Below, piece by piece: positions 49,384 through 61,600 of a stretch of DNA of 64,000 nt; the first letter of the stretch is position 1, and each line of letters starts with the position of its first letter. Made by a program: the position numbers and the translations under genes. Source of the stretch: an uncultured Gemmatimonadales bacterium (lineage in GTDB: Bacteria; Gemmatimonadota; Gemmatimonadetes; Longimicrobiales; RSA9); the NCBI GenBank assembly GCA_963816355.1, contig CAWFKH010000003.1, positions 416,001-480,000 on the forward strand, given 5' to 3'. The notes under the pieces are model-generated. The model did not search any database. It was not told where the DNA came from and saw only the letters and a list, made by a program, of their open reading frames with translations.

Positions 49384-49843
49384 GAGATGGGGACCGATCT
49401 CGATCGTGGCGCTGGCCCTCCTCACGGCCTGCGCCGGCTTCAAACAGCCGGAAGTGCGCGTCGAGGGGATGAGGCTGGGCGCCCTCGGGCTGCAGGGAGG
49501 GACACTGCTCGTGCAGCTCTTCGTGCGCAACCCGAACGGCTACGAGTTGCGCACCTCCAAGCTCGGCTACCACATCGAGTTGCGGGACGTTACGAGCGGG
49601 CAGGAGCGGTGGATCGACTTCGCCGCCGGCGACTACGTCGGCGACGTGCGCGTCGCCGCTCATGACAGCAGCGTCGTCCAGGTCCCGGTCCAGTTCACCT
49701 ACGCCGGCGCCGGCAGCGTGGTCCGGCAGGTGTTGCAGACCGGCTCGTTCGAGTACCGGATCAGCGGCGACGTCGCCGTCGAGCGGCCCGTCTCGCGCAG
49801 CGTCCCGTTCCGCCGCACCGGAACCGTCGTCGTCGGAAGCTGA
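49373..49843 (+). CDS. LEA type 2 (WHy domain) lipoprotein
   Basis: Lipobox LTAC; VRNPNGYEL. Confidence 0.85.
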   Translation: MIRRRWGPISIVALALLTACAGFKQPEVRVEGMRLGALGLQGGTLLVQLFVRNPNGYELRTSKLGYHIELRDVTSGQERWIDFAAGDYVGDVRVAAHDSSVVQVPVQFTYAGAGSVVRQVLQTGSFEYRISGDVAVERPVSRSVPFRRTGTVVVGS

Positions 49844-49999
49844 GGGCGGGCTCACGCGACGGCCGGCCGCCGCGCCGCAGGGCCTGGCCGCCTCGCCGCA
49901 TCGGCCGCGAGCGGAAGCGGCAGCGGACGCCCGAACCGGCCACGCCAGGCGGGGTACCATGAGCGACAACGACAACGGAGGATTGAAGCCATAGACCGG

Positions 50000-51289
50000 A
50001 TGGTATCGCTGGAGCCGCCGCTGGAGCGTGCGGTCCTCGTCGGCGCGCCCGACCGTGAGACCGAGACTCGCGTCGCCTCCGAGCACCTGGAGGAGCTCGG
50101 TCGCCTCGCCGACACGGCGGGCGCGGAGGTTTCGGCGACGCTCGTGCAGCGGCTCGACTCGCCGCACCCCCGCCTCTACATCGGGGAAGGGAAGGCGCAG
50201 GAGCTGAAACGGGAGGTCGACGCGGCGGACGCCACGCTCGTCATCTTCGACGAAGATCTTTCGCCGGCGCAGGGGAAGAACCTGGAAGACTTCCTCGGCA
50301 CTCGCGTCATGGACCGGACGGAGCTGATCCTCGACATCTTCTCCACCCGCGCGCGCACCGCCGAGGCGCAGATGCAGGTCGAGCTCGCGCAGCTCAAGTA
50401 CATGCTGCCGCGGCTGAAACGGATGTGGACCCACCTCTCGCGCATTCGTGGCGGCATCGGGCTGCGCGGTCCGGGCGAGACGCAGCTCGAGACGGATCGC
50501 CGCATCATCAGCCGCCGCATCCGCGACCTGCAGGGGAAGCTCGAGATCGTCGCGCGCCGCCGTGCCACGCAGCGCAAGGGCCGATCCGGTGAATTCCGCC
50601 TCGCCCTCGTCGGCTACACGAACGCCGGCAAGTCGTCGATCCTGCGCGCGCTCTCCGGCGCTGATCTCTTCGTCGAGGACCGCCTCTTCGCCACGCTCGA
50701 TCCGGCGACGCGGGCGGTCGACATCGGCGGCGGCGAGATCGTGCTGGTGACGGACACGGTCGGCTTCATCCGCAAGCTGCCGCACGACCTGGTGGCCTCC
50801 TTCCGCGCGACGCTGGAGGAGGCGCGCGAGGCGGACCTCCTGCTGCACGTCGTCGACGCGTCGCACCCCGGCTGGGAAGAGCAGAAGGAGGTGGTGGGGG
50901 AGGTGCTCCGCGAGATGGAGCTCGGCGAGCGGCCGCATCTCCTGGTCTTCAACAAGGTCGACCGCCTCACGCACGCCGAGGAGGACGCCATGCGCGAACG
51001 CGTGCGCGGCCTCTTCGCCGGGCCGGCCGTGCTCGTCTCCGCCCACGAGGCGGGCGGCCTCGACGAGCTGCGCGCGGCCCTGCTCGCGGCGGTGCGCGCC
51101 CGGCGCCCGGAGGTCCGCGTGCGCATCTCCGCCGCCGATGGCGAGACGCTCGCCGCGATCTACCGCGAGGGGGAGGTGCTGAGCCGCGTGCAGCACGACT
51201 CGAGCATCGACGTCCTGGCGCGCCTGCCCGCCGCGACGCTCGGCCGGCTCCAGAGCCGCCGCCTGATCGAGGTCCTCGAAGTCGCGTGA
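50000..51289 (+). CDS. hflX: Ribosome-splitting GTPase HflX
   Basis: GPGETQLE, GYTNAGKSS, FATLD, DTVGFI, NKVD. Confidence 0.97.
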   Translation: MVSLEPPLERAVLVGAPDRETETRVASEHLEELGRLADTAGAEVSATLVQRLDSPHPRLYIGEGKAQELKREVDAADATLVIFDEDLSPAQGKNLEDFLGTRVMDRTELILDIFSTRARTAEAQMQVELAQLKYMLPRLKRMWTHLSRIRGGIGLRGPGETQLETDRRIISRRIRDLQGKLEIVARRRATQRKGRSGEFRLALVGYTNAGKSSILRALSGADLFVEDRLFATLDPATRAVDIGGGEIVLVTDTVGFIRKLPHDLVASFRATLEEAREADLLLHVVDASHPGWEEQKEVVGEVLREMELGERPHLLVFNKVDRLTHAEEDAMRERVRGLFAGPAVLVSAHEAGGLDELRAALLAAVRARRPEVRVRISAADGETLAAIYREGEVLSRVQHDSSIDVLARLPAATLGRLQSRRLIEVLEVA

Positions 51290-52149
51290 ACGACCGCGTC
51301 GTCATCGTGGGGCCCGGCCGCGCCGGTCTCGCGCTCGGCAGCGCGCTGGCCGAGGCCGGCGCGGTCGAGCGGCTGACCTTCTTCGGCCGCTCGCTGGAGC
51401 CGCCGCCGCACCCGCTCTTCGACAGCGCCGCGGATTACCGCGTCGGGCTGCTGCCGCTGCCCGCCGGAACCACCGTCCTCCTCCTCGCCGTGCCGGACAC
51501 CGCCCTCGCGGAAGTCACGCACGACATCGCCGCGACCGGCCCCGCGCCGCCTGGCTGCAGCGCGTTCCACCTGTCCGGCGCGCTGTCGACGGAGGTGCTC
51601 GGTCCGCTGCACGCCCGCGGCTACGCGACCGGATCACTCCACCCGCTGCAGTCGATCGCCGATCCCTGGTCGGGCGGCCAGCGGCTCATCGGGTCCGCCT
51701 TCGCGCTGGCCGGCGAGCCGTCGGCGGTCGCGGCGGCGCGGCGCCTCGTTCTCGCGCTCGGTGGCCGCACGCTCGTGATCCCGCCGATCTTCCGCCCGCT
51801 CTACCACGCGGCCGCGACGAGCGCGTCGAACTACATCGTGGCCCTCGTCGCCTTCGGAGTGCGGCTCCTCAGCGCGGCGGGCATCGCCGAGGGCGACGCG
51901 CTGGCGGCCCTGCTGCCACTGATGCGCGGCACGCTCGACAACCTCGAACAGCTCGGACTCGCCGCGGCGCTCACGGGACCGATCGCGCGCGGCGATGTCG
52001 ACACCGTGCGGCTCCACCTCGCCGGTTTGTCGGCGGAGGACCGGCCGCTATATTGCGCGCTCGGCCGCGAGACGCTCCGTCTAGCGCGGGGCCTGGGGCT
52101 GGACCCTCGCCGCGCCGACGAGCTCGATGCGCTCCTTTCGCGAACCTGA
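51286..52149 (+). CDS. Rossmann-like plus DUF2520 protein (PanG-like oxidoreductase)
   Basis: GPGRAG, AVPD, HLSGA, HPLQS, YHAAA, LTGPIARGD. Confidence 0.9.
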   Translation: MNDRVVIVGPGRAGLALGSALAEAGAVERLTFFGRSLEPPPHPLFDSAADYRVGLLPLPAGTTVLLLAVPDTALAEVTHDIAATGPAPPGCSAFHLSGALSTEVLGPLHARGYATGSLHPLQSIADPWSGGQRLIGSAFALAGEPSAVAAARRLVLALGGRTLVIPPIFRPLYHAAATSASNYIVALVAFGVRLLSAAGIAEGDALAALLPLMRGTLDNLEQLGLAAALTGPIARGDVDTVRLHLAGLSAEDRPLYCALGRETLRLARGLGLDPRRADELDALLSRT

Positions 52150-52176
52150 CCCCGTTCCGATACCGACGACGCCGGC

Positions 52177-52944
52177 ATGCGCCTGCACATCAATATCGAC
52201 CACGTCGCCACCGTCCGGCAGGCTCGCCGCACCGACGAGCCGGACCCCGTCCGCGCGGCGGTCTTCGCCGAGCTGGGCGGCGCCGACGGCATCACGGTCC
52301 ACCTCCGCGAGGACCGCCGCCACATCCAGGACCGCGACGTCCGCCTCCTCGCCGAGACGATCCGAACCGGCCTCAACTTCGAGCTCGCCGCGAACGAGGA
52401 GATCGTCGCCCTCGCACTCGAGGTGGCACCGCTGGCCGCCACGCTCGTCCCGGAACGGCGCGAGGAGGTGACGACGGAGGGCGGCCTCGCGCTCGCTGAC
52501 GCCTCGCAGCGCCGCCGCGTCGCCGACGCCGCCGGCCGCCTGCGCGACGGCGCGATCCGCACCTCCCTCTTCATCGACCCCGACGCGGCGACGATCGAGG
52601 TCGCCGCCGACCTGGGCGTCGATGCGATCGAGCTCCACACCGGAGAGTACGCGAACGCGAAGCTGCGCCGGAGCGGCGATGCCGGTCGGGCAGCCGCCGA
52701 GCTCGGCCGCCTCGAGCGGGCCGCCGCGCACGCTCGCTCGCTCGGACTCGACGTCCACGCCGGCCACGGGCTCACCTACGAGAACGTCGCGTCGGTCGCC
52801 GCGATCGAAGCGATCGAGGAGCTGAACATCGGCCATAGCGTGGTCAGCCGTGCCGTCCTGGTGGGGATGGAGCGGGCCGTGCGCGAGATGAGGCGCGCCG
52901 TCCTCGCCGCGCGCGCGCCCGGAGCGGGGCCCGGCGCTCCATGA
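52177..52944 (+). CDS. pdxJ: Pyridoxine 5'-phosphate synthase
   Basis: [38 protein letters not shown]. Confidence 0.98.
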   Translation: MRLHINIDHVATVRQARRTDEPDPVRAAVFAELGGADGITVHLREDRRHIQDRDVRLLAETIRTGLNFELAANEEIVALALEVAPLAATLVPERREEVTTEGGLALADASQRRRVADAAGRLRDGAIRTSLFIDPDAATIEVAADLGVDAIELHTGEYANAKLRRSGDAGRAAAELGRLERAAAHARSLGLDVHAGHGLTYENVASVAAIEAIEELNIGHSVVSRAVLVGMERAVREMRRAVLAARAPGAGPGAP

Positions 52945-54029
52945 GCGCACCCGCTCGACGAAAGCGACGCATCGACTGGAAGAGCATCCTCGGCTTCGCC
53001 GTCAGCATCTTCTTCCTCTACATCGCCCTGCGCAACGTCGACGCCGTGCAGGTGCTGCGCGAGATCCGCGGCGCGAACCCCTGGTGGCTCCTGCTGGCCG
53101 CCGCGACCGCGACCGGAACGATCGCCGTTCGGGCGTGGCGCTGGATGCCGATCCTCGAGCCGGTCCTGCCGCGCTCCGCCTTCCGCTCGCGCTTCGCCGC
53201 CACGTTCATCCGCTTCGCGGCCAACAACCTGATCCCCGCCCGCGTCGGCGAGTTCGCGGGTGCGTACGCGCTCTCACGCATGGAACCGATCAGCGCCAGC
53301 GCATCGTTCGGCTCCCTCGTGGTCGAGCGCGTGCTTGACGCGCTGATGGTGGTCGGCATCCTCTTCGTCTCGACCGAGCTGCCCGGGTTCCCGGGCGGCA
53401 GCCTCGCCGGCTCCGACATCACGCACATCGCGCGTGTCGTGCTCGCCGCGGTGCTCGCCGTCACGCTGGCGCTGTTCCTCGTCGTGCACTGGCCGCGCCG
53501 CGCGCTCGCCCTCGTCGACTCGATCTCCGCGCGCCTGCTCCCGGAGAGCGCCCACCGCCGCCTCGTCGACTCGCTGCAGGCGTTCCTCGAGGGCGTCGGC
53601 TCGCTGCGGCAGCCCCGGCTGCTCTTCTCCGCGGTCGTCGCCTCGCTCGTCGTCTGGCTCGTCAGCGCGTTTTCCTTCGTCTTCGCGCTGCTCGCCTTCG
53701 GAATCCAGGTGCCGCTGCTCCCGGCCTCGCTCTTCCTCCAGTCGACGATCGCGCTCGCCGTCGCGATCCCCGCGGCGCCCGGCTTCTTCGGCGTCTTCGA
53801 GGGCGCGGCGCGCTTCGGCCTCGTCCAACTTTGGGGCGTCGAGGTGAACAAGGCGGTCGGCTTCGCGATCGGCATGCACCTCGTCGGCTTCATCCCCGTC
53901 ACCCTGATCGGCCTCTACTACTTCGGCCGCCTCGGTCTGTCGCTGCGCGAGGTGGAAGCCACCGAGGAGATCGTCGAGCGCGCCGTCGAGGTGGAAGCGG
54001 CGCGCCACGCCGGACCCGGCGACGGATGA
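52941..54029 (+). CDS. Lysylphosphatidylglycerol synthase TM-domain (flippase-like) protein
   Basis: [29 protein letters not shown]. Confidence 0.88.
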   Translation: MSAPARRKRRIDWKSILGFAVSIFFLYIALRNVDAVQVLREIRGANPWWLLLAAATATGTIAVRAWRWMPILEPVLPRSAFRSRFAATFIRFAANNLIPARVGEFAGAYALSRMEPISASASFGSLVVERVLDALMVVGILFVSTELPGFPGGSLAGSDITHIARVVLAAVLAVTLALFLVVHWPRRALALVDSISARLLPESAHRRLVDSLQAFLEGVGSLRQPRLLFSAVVASLVVWLVSAFSFVFALLAFGIQVPLLPASLFLQSTIALAVAIPAAPGFFGVFEGAARFGLVQLWGVEVNKAVGFAIGMHLVGFIPVTLIGLYYFGRLGLSLREVEATEEIVERAVEVEAARHAGPGDG

Positions 54030-54946
54030 CCGGTCGCGTCGTTCTCGACGCCCCCGCCAAGTTCAACCCGTGGCTCCACGTCCTCGAGGCGCGCGACGAC
54101 GGCTACCACGAGCTGCGGACCCTCTTCTGCGCCCTCGAGCTCGCCGACCACCTCGACGTGCGCGGCGTGGATCGTCCCGGCGTCCGACTCCGCGTGCGCG
54201 GCGCCGACGTGGGGCCGATCGAAGCGAACCTGGTCCATCGCGCCGCGAGCGCGTTCCTCGAATCCACCGCCGCGCCCGGCGGCTGCGACATCGTGCTCGT
54301 GAAGCGCATCCCGGCCGGCGCCGGCCTCGGCGGGGGGTCGAGCGACGCCGCCGCCACGCTCCTCGCGCTCGACGCGCTGACCGGCGGCCTCCTCGGCCCC
54401 CGCCGACGCGCCGCGCTCGGCGTCGCCCTCGGTAGCGACGTCGGCTTCTTCCTGCGCCGCGCGCCGCTCGCGCTCGCCCGCGGCCGCGGCGAGCGCGTGC
54501 GGCCCATCGCGCCGCTGCCCGCGCGGCCCGCGCTCGTGGCCACGCCTCCCTTCGCCGTCGCGACCGGCGATGCGTACGCGCGCCTCGACGCCGCCCGCGC
54601 TGGCGCCGGAGCCGCCCCGCCCGCGCGCGCCGAAGCCGCCCCGCCCGCGCGCGGCGAACTGGCCCTGAACGCGCACGGCTGGGCCGCCATCGCTGCGCGC
54701 GCGGGGAACGACTTCGAGCGCGTCGTCTTCGCAATGCACCCTGCGTTGCGCGCGGCCCACGAAGCGCTGCGGAGGGCCGGCGCGGACCTCGTCCGTCTCG
54801 CGGGCAGCGGATCCTCCCTCGTCGCGCTCTTCGGGGACACCGCGTCGCGCGACGCCGCTGCGGCGCGCCTGCGCGGCGACTGCGGCGACTTCACCGTGCG
54901 TCCCACGCGGACGCTGGCGCGCTGGCCCGAGCCGCGACGGCGTTGA
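54026..54946 (+). CDS. ispE: 4-(cytidine 5'-diphospho)-2-C-methyl-D-erythritol kinase
   Basis: APAKFN, DGYHEL, KRIPAGAGLGGGSSDAA, LGSDV, GSGS. Confidence 0.94.
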   Translation: MTGRVVLDAPAKFNPWLHVLEARDDGYHELRTLFCALELADHLDVRGVDRPGVRLRVRGADVGPIEANLVHRAASAFLESTAAPGGCDIVLVKRIPAGAGLGGGSSDAAATLLALDALTGGLLGPRRRAALGVALGSDVGFFLRRAPLALARGRGERVRPIAPLPARPALVATPPFAVATGDAYARLDAARAGAGAAPPARAEAAPPARGELALNAHGWAAIAARAGNDFERVVFAMHPALRAAHEALRRAGADLVRLAGSGSSLVALFGDTASRDAAAARLRGDCGDFTVRPTRTLARWPEPRRR

Positions 54947-54971
54947 ACGCCCACGGGGCCGCGGTTAAACT
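54943..54971 (+). promoter_or_regulatory. Sigma70 promoter of tRNA-Gln
   Basis: TTGAAC-N17-TAAACT ending 13 nt before the tRNA. Confidence 0.65.
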
Positions 54972-54984
54972 TCGCCGTGCCCGC

Positions 54985-55055
54985 TCCGGGGTCGTCCAAC
55001 GGCAGGACAGCGGACTTTGGATCCGCCAATGGTGGTTCGATTCCACCCCCCGGAA
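54985..55055 (+). tRNA. tRNA-Gln(TTG), CCA end not encoded
   Basis: Acceptor stem TCCGGGG/CCCCGGA; anticodon arm GCGGA-CTTTGGA-TCCGC; T arm GGTGG-TTCGATT-CCACC; canonical position between ispE and prs. Confidence 0.96.
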
Positions 55056-55080
55056 TTCCGCGAGAGAGAAGGGAGCAGCA

Positions 55081-55854
55081 ATGGCGGCAGGCAGGCTGTC
55101 GTTCCGTCTGGGTGAACGCGTGCGGCGCCGCGTCGACGTCGCGACCGCCGCGGCGCAGCAGGCGCTGCTGGAGACGCACGCCAGGCACGGCCTCGAACTG
55201 GTCCGGCTCCTCGCGGACCGCATCCCGTTCGACGACGCCGTCGAACGCTACATCGAGGAGATGGGACTCGCCGGCACCCTCGCCGCGACCGTTCACACCC
55301 GCGTCCTCGCCGGCCTCGAGCAGGTGGAGCGTGCCGCCGACGACGCCGCCGCCGCACGCTCCGCCGCCGCCGCCGCCGCTGCCGCCGCGCTCGAGGCCGG
55401 CGAGGAGGAGCGCCCCGAGGACGCCGCCACGGCGGAGGACGCCGCCACGGCGAGGGAGGCCGCCGCGCCGGCGGAGGGCGCGGAGGCCCCCGCGGCGGGC
55501 CCGCCCGCGCCGGCCGCGGCCGCCCGGCCGGTGCGCGATGGGCTGCGCCGCTTCCGCCCCGCCGTCGTCGTGCGCGACATCCGCCGCCGGCAGCAGCGGC
55601 ACGAGGAAACGGAGCGGATCTTCCAGCTCGCGCTGGCGCGGGCGGAGGAGGCGGTGATCGTGACGCACATCGAGAATGCGCTCGACTTCGTCGCCCTTTT
55701 GGACGACCAGCTCCCGCTCGAGCGCTGCGTCGAGCAGTATCTCGGCGAGGTCGGCATGGGCGGCTGCCGCGCCCAGACGGTGCTGCAGCGGGTGATGTGC
55801 CGCGTGGCCGACGCGCAGCTTCCGGCGCTGGGTGCGGACGTTTCACCCGGTTGA
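55081..55854 (+). CDS. Hypothetical protein with an internal duplication of about 60 aa
   Basis: AGGGAG RBS; two helical repeats that align without gaps, separated by an Ala/Glu/Pro linker. Confidence 0.8.
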   Translation: MAAGRLSFRLGERVRRRVDVATAAAQQALLETHARHGLELVRLLADRIPFDDAVERYIEEMGLAGTLAATVHTRVLAGLEQVERAADDAAAARSAAAAAAAAALEAGEEERPEDAATAEDAATAREAAAPAEGAEAPAAGPPAPAAAARPVRDGLRRFRPAVVVRDIRRRQQRHEETERIFQLALARAEEAVIVTHIENALDFVALLDDQLPLERCVEQYLGEVGMGGCRAQTVLQRVMCRVADAQLPALGADVSPG

Positions 55855-55880
55855 CATCGATCCGAGCCTTCCCCTAGTTT
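55851..55880 (+). promoter_or_regulatory. Sigma70 promoter for prs-rplY-pth
   Basis: TTGACA-N18-TAGTTT. Confidence 0.6.
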
Positions 55881-55928
55881 CTCGGGCTGTCATTCGAGCG
55901 AGAACCCGTTGCGGCGGACGCGCAGCCG

Positions 55929-56879
55929 ATGCCAGACCACCAGTTCAGAGGGCCGCTCCTGTTGCTGTCCGGTACCGCGAACCGGCCGCTCTCCGAGGAG
56001 ATTGCGCAGGAGCTCGGGATGCCGTTGGGCGACGTCACGCTCAAGCGCTTCTCCGACGGCGAGATCTTCGTTCGGATCAACCAGAACGTGCGGGGCGGCG
56101 ATGTTTTCGTGCTGCAGCCGACGCCGCCGCCGGGCGACAACTTCATGGAGCTGCTGCTGCTCGTGGATGCGGCGCGGCGGGCGTCGGCGGAGCGCGTGAC
56201 GGTGGTGATGCCGTACTACGGCTACGCGCGGCAGGACCGCAAGGATCAGCCGCGCGTGGCGATCGGCGCGAAGCTGGTGGCGAACATGATCGAGGCGGCC
56301 GGCGCCGACCGGGTGCTCGGCATGGATTTCCACGCGCACCAGTTGCAGGGCTTCTTCGACATCCCGGTGGACCACCTGTACGCCGCGCCGGTCCTGACGG
56401 GCCATTTCCAGCCCATGGGCCTGCAGGACCTGGTGGTCGTGGCGCCGGACGTGGGCGCGGCGAAGATGGCGCGTGGCTTCTCGCGCCGGTTGAACGCGAC
56501 GTTCGCGATCATCGACAAGCGGCGCCCGGTGCCGAACGTGGCGGAGGTGATCAGCGTGGTGGGCGAGGTCGCGGGGCGGCCGTGCCTGATCGTGGACGAC
56601 CTGATCGACACCGCCGGTACGCTCGAGAGCGTGGTGAACGCGCTGAAGGAGCGCGGCGCGTCGGAGATCTACGCGGCGGCGACGCATGCGCTCTTCTCAG
56701 GGCCGGCGGTGGAACGGCTGCAGCGTTCGCCGGTGCGGGAGGTGGTGGTGACGAACACGCTGGACCTGCCGCAGGAGAAGCGGTTCGACAAGCTGCGCGT
56801 GCTGTCGATCGCCGGGCTGCTGGCGAGGGCGGTCCGCTACACGCATTCACACGAATCGGTCAGTCAGCTCTTCGACTGA
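55929..56879 (+). CDS. prs: Ribose-phosphate pyrophosphokinase
   Basis: FSDGEI, PYYGYARQDRK, VDDLIDTAGT. Confidence 0.98.
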   Translation: MPDHQFRGPLLLLSGTANRPLSEEIAQELGMPLGDVTLKRFSDGEIFVRINQNVRGGDVFVLQPTPPPGDNFMELLLLVDAARRASAERVTVVMPYYGYARQDRKDQPRVAIGAKLVANMIEAAGADRVLGMDFHAHQLQGFFDIPVDHLYAAPVLTGHFQPMGLQDLVVVAPDVGAAKMARGFSRRLNATFAIIDKRRPVPNVAEVISVVGEVAGRPCLIVDDLIDTAGTLESVVNALKERGASEIYAAATHALFSGPAVERLQRSPVREVVVTNTLDLPQEKRFDKLRVLSIAGLLARAVRYTHSHESVSQLFD

Positions 56880-56891
56880 GGAGAGAAGGTC

Positions 56892-57590
56892 ATGGCGAAC
56901 ACGGCTTCCATCACGGCGGCACCGCGCGAGGCGGGGGGCAAGGGCGCGGCGCGGCGCCTCAGGCGCGAGGGGCGCATCCCCGCCGTCCTCTACGGCCACG
57001 GCGAGGAGACGCGGGCGCTGTCGGTCGACGCGCACGAGCTCGAGGTGCTCTTCTCGCACATCTCGGTGGAGAACACGGTCATCGAGGTCGCGATCGAGGG
57101 CGGCAAGGCGAAGAAGGCGGCGCCGGTGCGCGCGCTCGTGCGTGAGGTGCAGACGCACCCGTACCGGCAGCAGATCCTGCACGTGGACTTCTATCAGCTC
57201 CACGCCGGCGTGAAGGTCGATGTCGAGGTCCCGATCCGCCTCGTCGGCGCCGCCGCGGGGGTGAAGGCGGGCGGCGTGCTGCAGCAGCAGCTGCACGAGA
57301 TCGCCGTGAGCTGCCTGCCGGAGTCGATCCCGGACCACATCGACGTCGACGTGTCGGCGCTGGACGTGAACGAGTCGATCCACGTGCGCGATCTGACGCT
57401 CGGCGAAGGGATCGACGTCGAGACCGAGGGCGATCGCACGGTGTGCGCGGTGCTGCCGCCGACGGTGCAGCCGGTCGAGGAGCCGGAGGCGCTGGAGCTC
57501 GAGGGTGTGGGCGGCGAGGTCGAGCCGGAGCTGGTGCGGCGTCGCGGCGCCGAGGCGGAGGAAGAGGAGGAGGAGGAAGGCGGCGAGTGA
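56892..57590 (+). CDS. rplY: 50S ribosomal protein L25 / Ctc
   Basis: RRLRREGRIPAVLYG, HVDF, GVKAGG, acidic tail. Confidence 0.96.
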   Translation: MANTASITAAPREAGGKGAARRLRREGRIPAVLYGHGEETRALSVDAHELEVLFSHISVENTVIEVAIEGGKAKKAAPVRALVREVQTHPYRQQILHVDFYQLHAGVKVDVEVPIRLVGAAAGVKAGGVLQQQLHEIAVSCLPESIPDHIDVDVSALDVNESIHVRDLTLGEGIDVETEGDRTVCAVLPPTVQPVEEPEALELEGVGGEVEPELVRRRGAEAEEEEEEEGGE

Positions 57591-58147
57591 AGCTCGTCTG
57601 CGGGCTCGGCAATCCCGGCCCGGAGTACGACGACACGCGTCACAACGTAGGCTGGTGGGTGGTCGATCGCCTTGCGCTCGACGCGGGCACGGGGCCGTTC
57701 CACCTGGAGGCCTCCGCCCTCGTCGCGCGGGCCGCCCGCCCGCCGGACGTGGACTTCGCGAAGCCGCTGACGTACGTGAACCGCAGCGGCGCGGCGGTCG
57801 CGGCCCTGCTGGCGGCGCGCGCGCTGGACCCGACCGCGGACCTGCTCGTCGTGGTCGACGACGTAGCGCTCGACGTCGGCCGTCTGCGGCTGCGGCCGGG
57901 TGGCAGCGCGGGCGGACACAACGGGCTGCGCTCGATCGAAGCGGTGCTGGGAACGCAGGAGTACGCGCGGCTGCGCGTGGGTGTGGGCGCACCGCCACCC
58001 GGCGTCGAGCTGGCGGAGTGGGTCCTCTCCCCCTTTCCCGAAGCCGACGAGGAACGCATTCTGGCGCTCCTGCTCGACGCGGCGGGGGCGGTACGGACGT
58101 GGATCGAGGAGGGCGCCGAGGCGGCGATGAGCCGCCACAACCGCTAG
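57587..58147 (+). CDS. pth: Peptidyl-tRNA hydrolase
   Basis: GLGNPG, TRHNVG, KPLTYVNRSG, GGHNGLRS. Confidence 0.97.
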   Translation: MKLVCGLGNPGPEYDDTRHNVGWWVVDRLALDAGTGPFHLEASALVARAARPPDVDFAKPLTYVNRSGAAVAALLAARALDPTADLLVVVDDVALDVGRLRLRPGGSAGGHNGLRSIEAVLGTQEYARLRVGVGAPPPGVELAEWVLSPFPEADEERILALLLDAAGAVRTWIEEGAEAAMSRHNR

Positions 58148-58201
58148 CGGATCCCCGCCAGCCGCGGCGCCACAGCACACAACGAAAAAACGGAGGCTTC
58201 T

Positions 58202-60349
<2,148 letters not shown>

Positions 60350-60358
60350 CGACGGCCG

Positions 60359-61549
60359 ATGGCGGACCTCTCCTTCGAGCGGGCGATCGCCTTCGCGGCG
60401 GACCTGATCCGCGTCCCCGGCGCGCCGGGACGTGAAGGCGACGTCGCCGAGCGCCTTCTGCGAGAGCTCCGCACGCTCGGTTACGACGAGGTCCGCGTCG
60501 ACGACGTCGGCAACGTCATCGGCGTCGTGCGCGGCACCGGCCACGCGCCGGCCGTGATGCTGAGTTGCCACCTCGACGTGGTGGACGCGGGCGAGCCGGA
60601 GGAGTGGGAGCACCCGCCCTACGGCGGCGATCTCGCGGACGGCTTCCTGCACGGCCGCGGCGCCATGGACATCAAGGGGCCGCTCGCCCTGCAGACCTAC
60701 GCCGCCGCCGCCTTCCTCGAGCGGCGCCTCGCCGGCGACGTGATCGTCGCCCACACGGTGCTCGAGGAGCGCGGCGGTTGGGGCATGGAGCACCTGCTCG
60801 AGCACACCCGCCTGCGGCCCGGCGCCGTCGTCATCGGCGAGGCCACGGGACTCAATGTGTGCGTCGGCCACCGCGGCCGCGCGGAGCTGATCGTCGAGCT
60901 GCACGGCCTCGCCGGCCACGCCAGCGCGCCGGCACGCGCCCGCAACGCGCTCGACCTGCTGCCGCGCGTGCTCCCCGCCCTGCAGGAGTTCGCCGCTCGG
61001 CTGCCGTCCGATCCGGTCCTCGGCGCTTCCTCGCTCGTGGCGACCGGCGTCGACGCCTCGCCCTCCAGCCCGAACGTCATCCCCGACGTCGCCCGCGTCG
61101 TGGTCGACTGGCGCGTCCTCCCCGACATGACGCGCGAGGCGGTGTTGTCGGACCTCCGCGCGTGGCTGCGCCAGGCGGTCGCCGTGCCCGACGGCTGGAG
61201 CCTCGACGTCCACTTCTCCCGGGAGCGGCAGCACACCTACACCGGCCGCGAGGAAGAGCGCTCGCTCTTCACGCCCGGTTTCCTGCTCGACGCCGCGCAC
61301 CCGGTCGCACGCGCCGCCGCCGCGGCCGTGACCGCGACCACGCGGCGCGACGTGAGGGTCCGGCCGTGGACGTTCGCCACCGACGGCGGCCACACCTGCG
61401 GCGTCCACGGCATCCCGACGATCGGCTTTGCGCCCGGCGAGGAGTGCTACGCCCACACCAACACCGAACGGCTCGACCTCGAGGAGGCCGCCGTCGCCTA
61501 TCGTGCCTATCCCGCGCTGGTCGAAGCGGTGATGGGCGTCCTCGCCTGA
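60359..61549 (+). CDS. M20/M25/M40 metallo-hydrolase (ArgE/DapE/YgeY-like)
   Basis: [31 protein letters not shown]. Confidence 0.9.
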   Translation: MADLSFERAIAFAADLIRVPGAPGREGDVAERLLRELRTLGYDEVRVDDVGNVIGVVRGTGHAPAVMLSCHLDVVDAGEPEEWEHPPYGGDLADGFLHGRGAMDIKGPLALQTYAAAAFLERRLAGDVIVAHTVLEERGGWGMEHLLEHTRLRPGAVVIGEATGLNVCVGHRGRAELIVELHGLAGHASAPARARNALDLLPRVLPALQEFAARLPSDPVLGASSLVATGVDASPSSPNVIPDVARVVVDWRVLPDMTREAVLSDLRAWLRQAVAVPDGWSLDVHFSRERQHTYTGREEERSLFTPGFLLDAAHPVARAAAAAVTATTRRDVRVRPWTFATDGGHTCGVHGIPTIGFAPGEECYAHTNTERLDLEEAAVAYRAYPALVEAVMGVLA

Positions 61550-61600
61550 GCCGCTCCGGCGAGCCGCTTTCGCGCCACGTCCGCTTCTTCCGCTGAACCG

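Noticed and set aside
54985..55854. tRNA-targeted genomic island
   Set aside because: No integrase, no duplicated tRNA 3' end, and composition matches the host
58148..58201. Na+-sensing riboswitch before hppA
   Set aside because: Only about 55 nt with no convincing structure; the A-rich tract is more simply a translation enhancer
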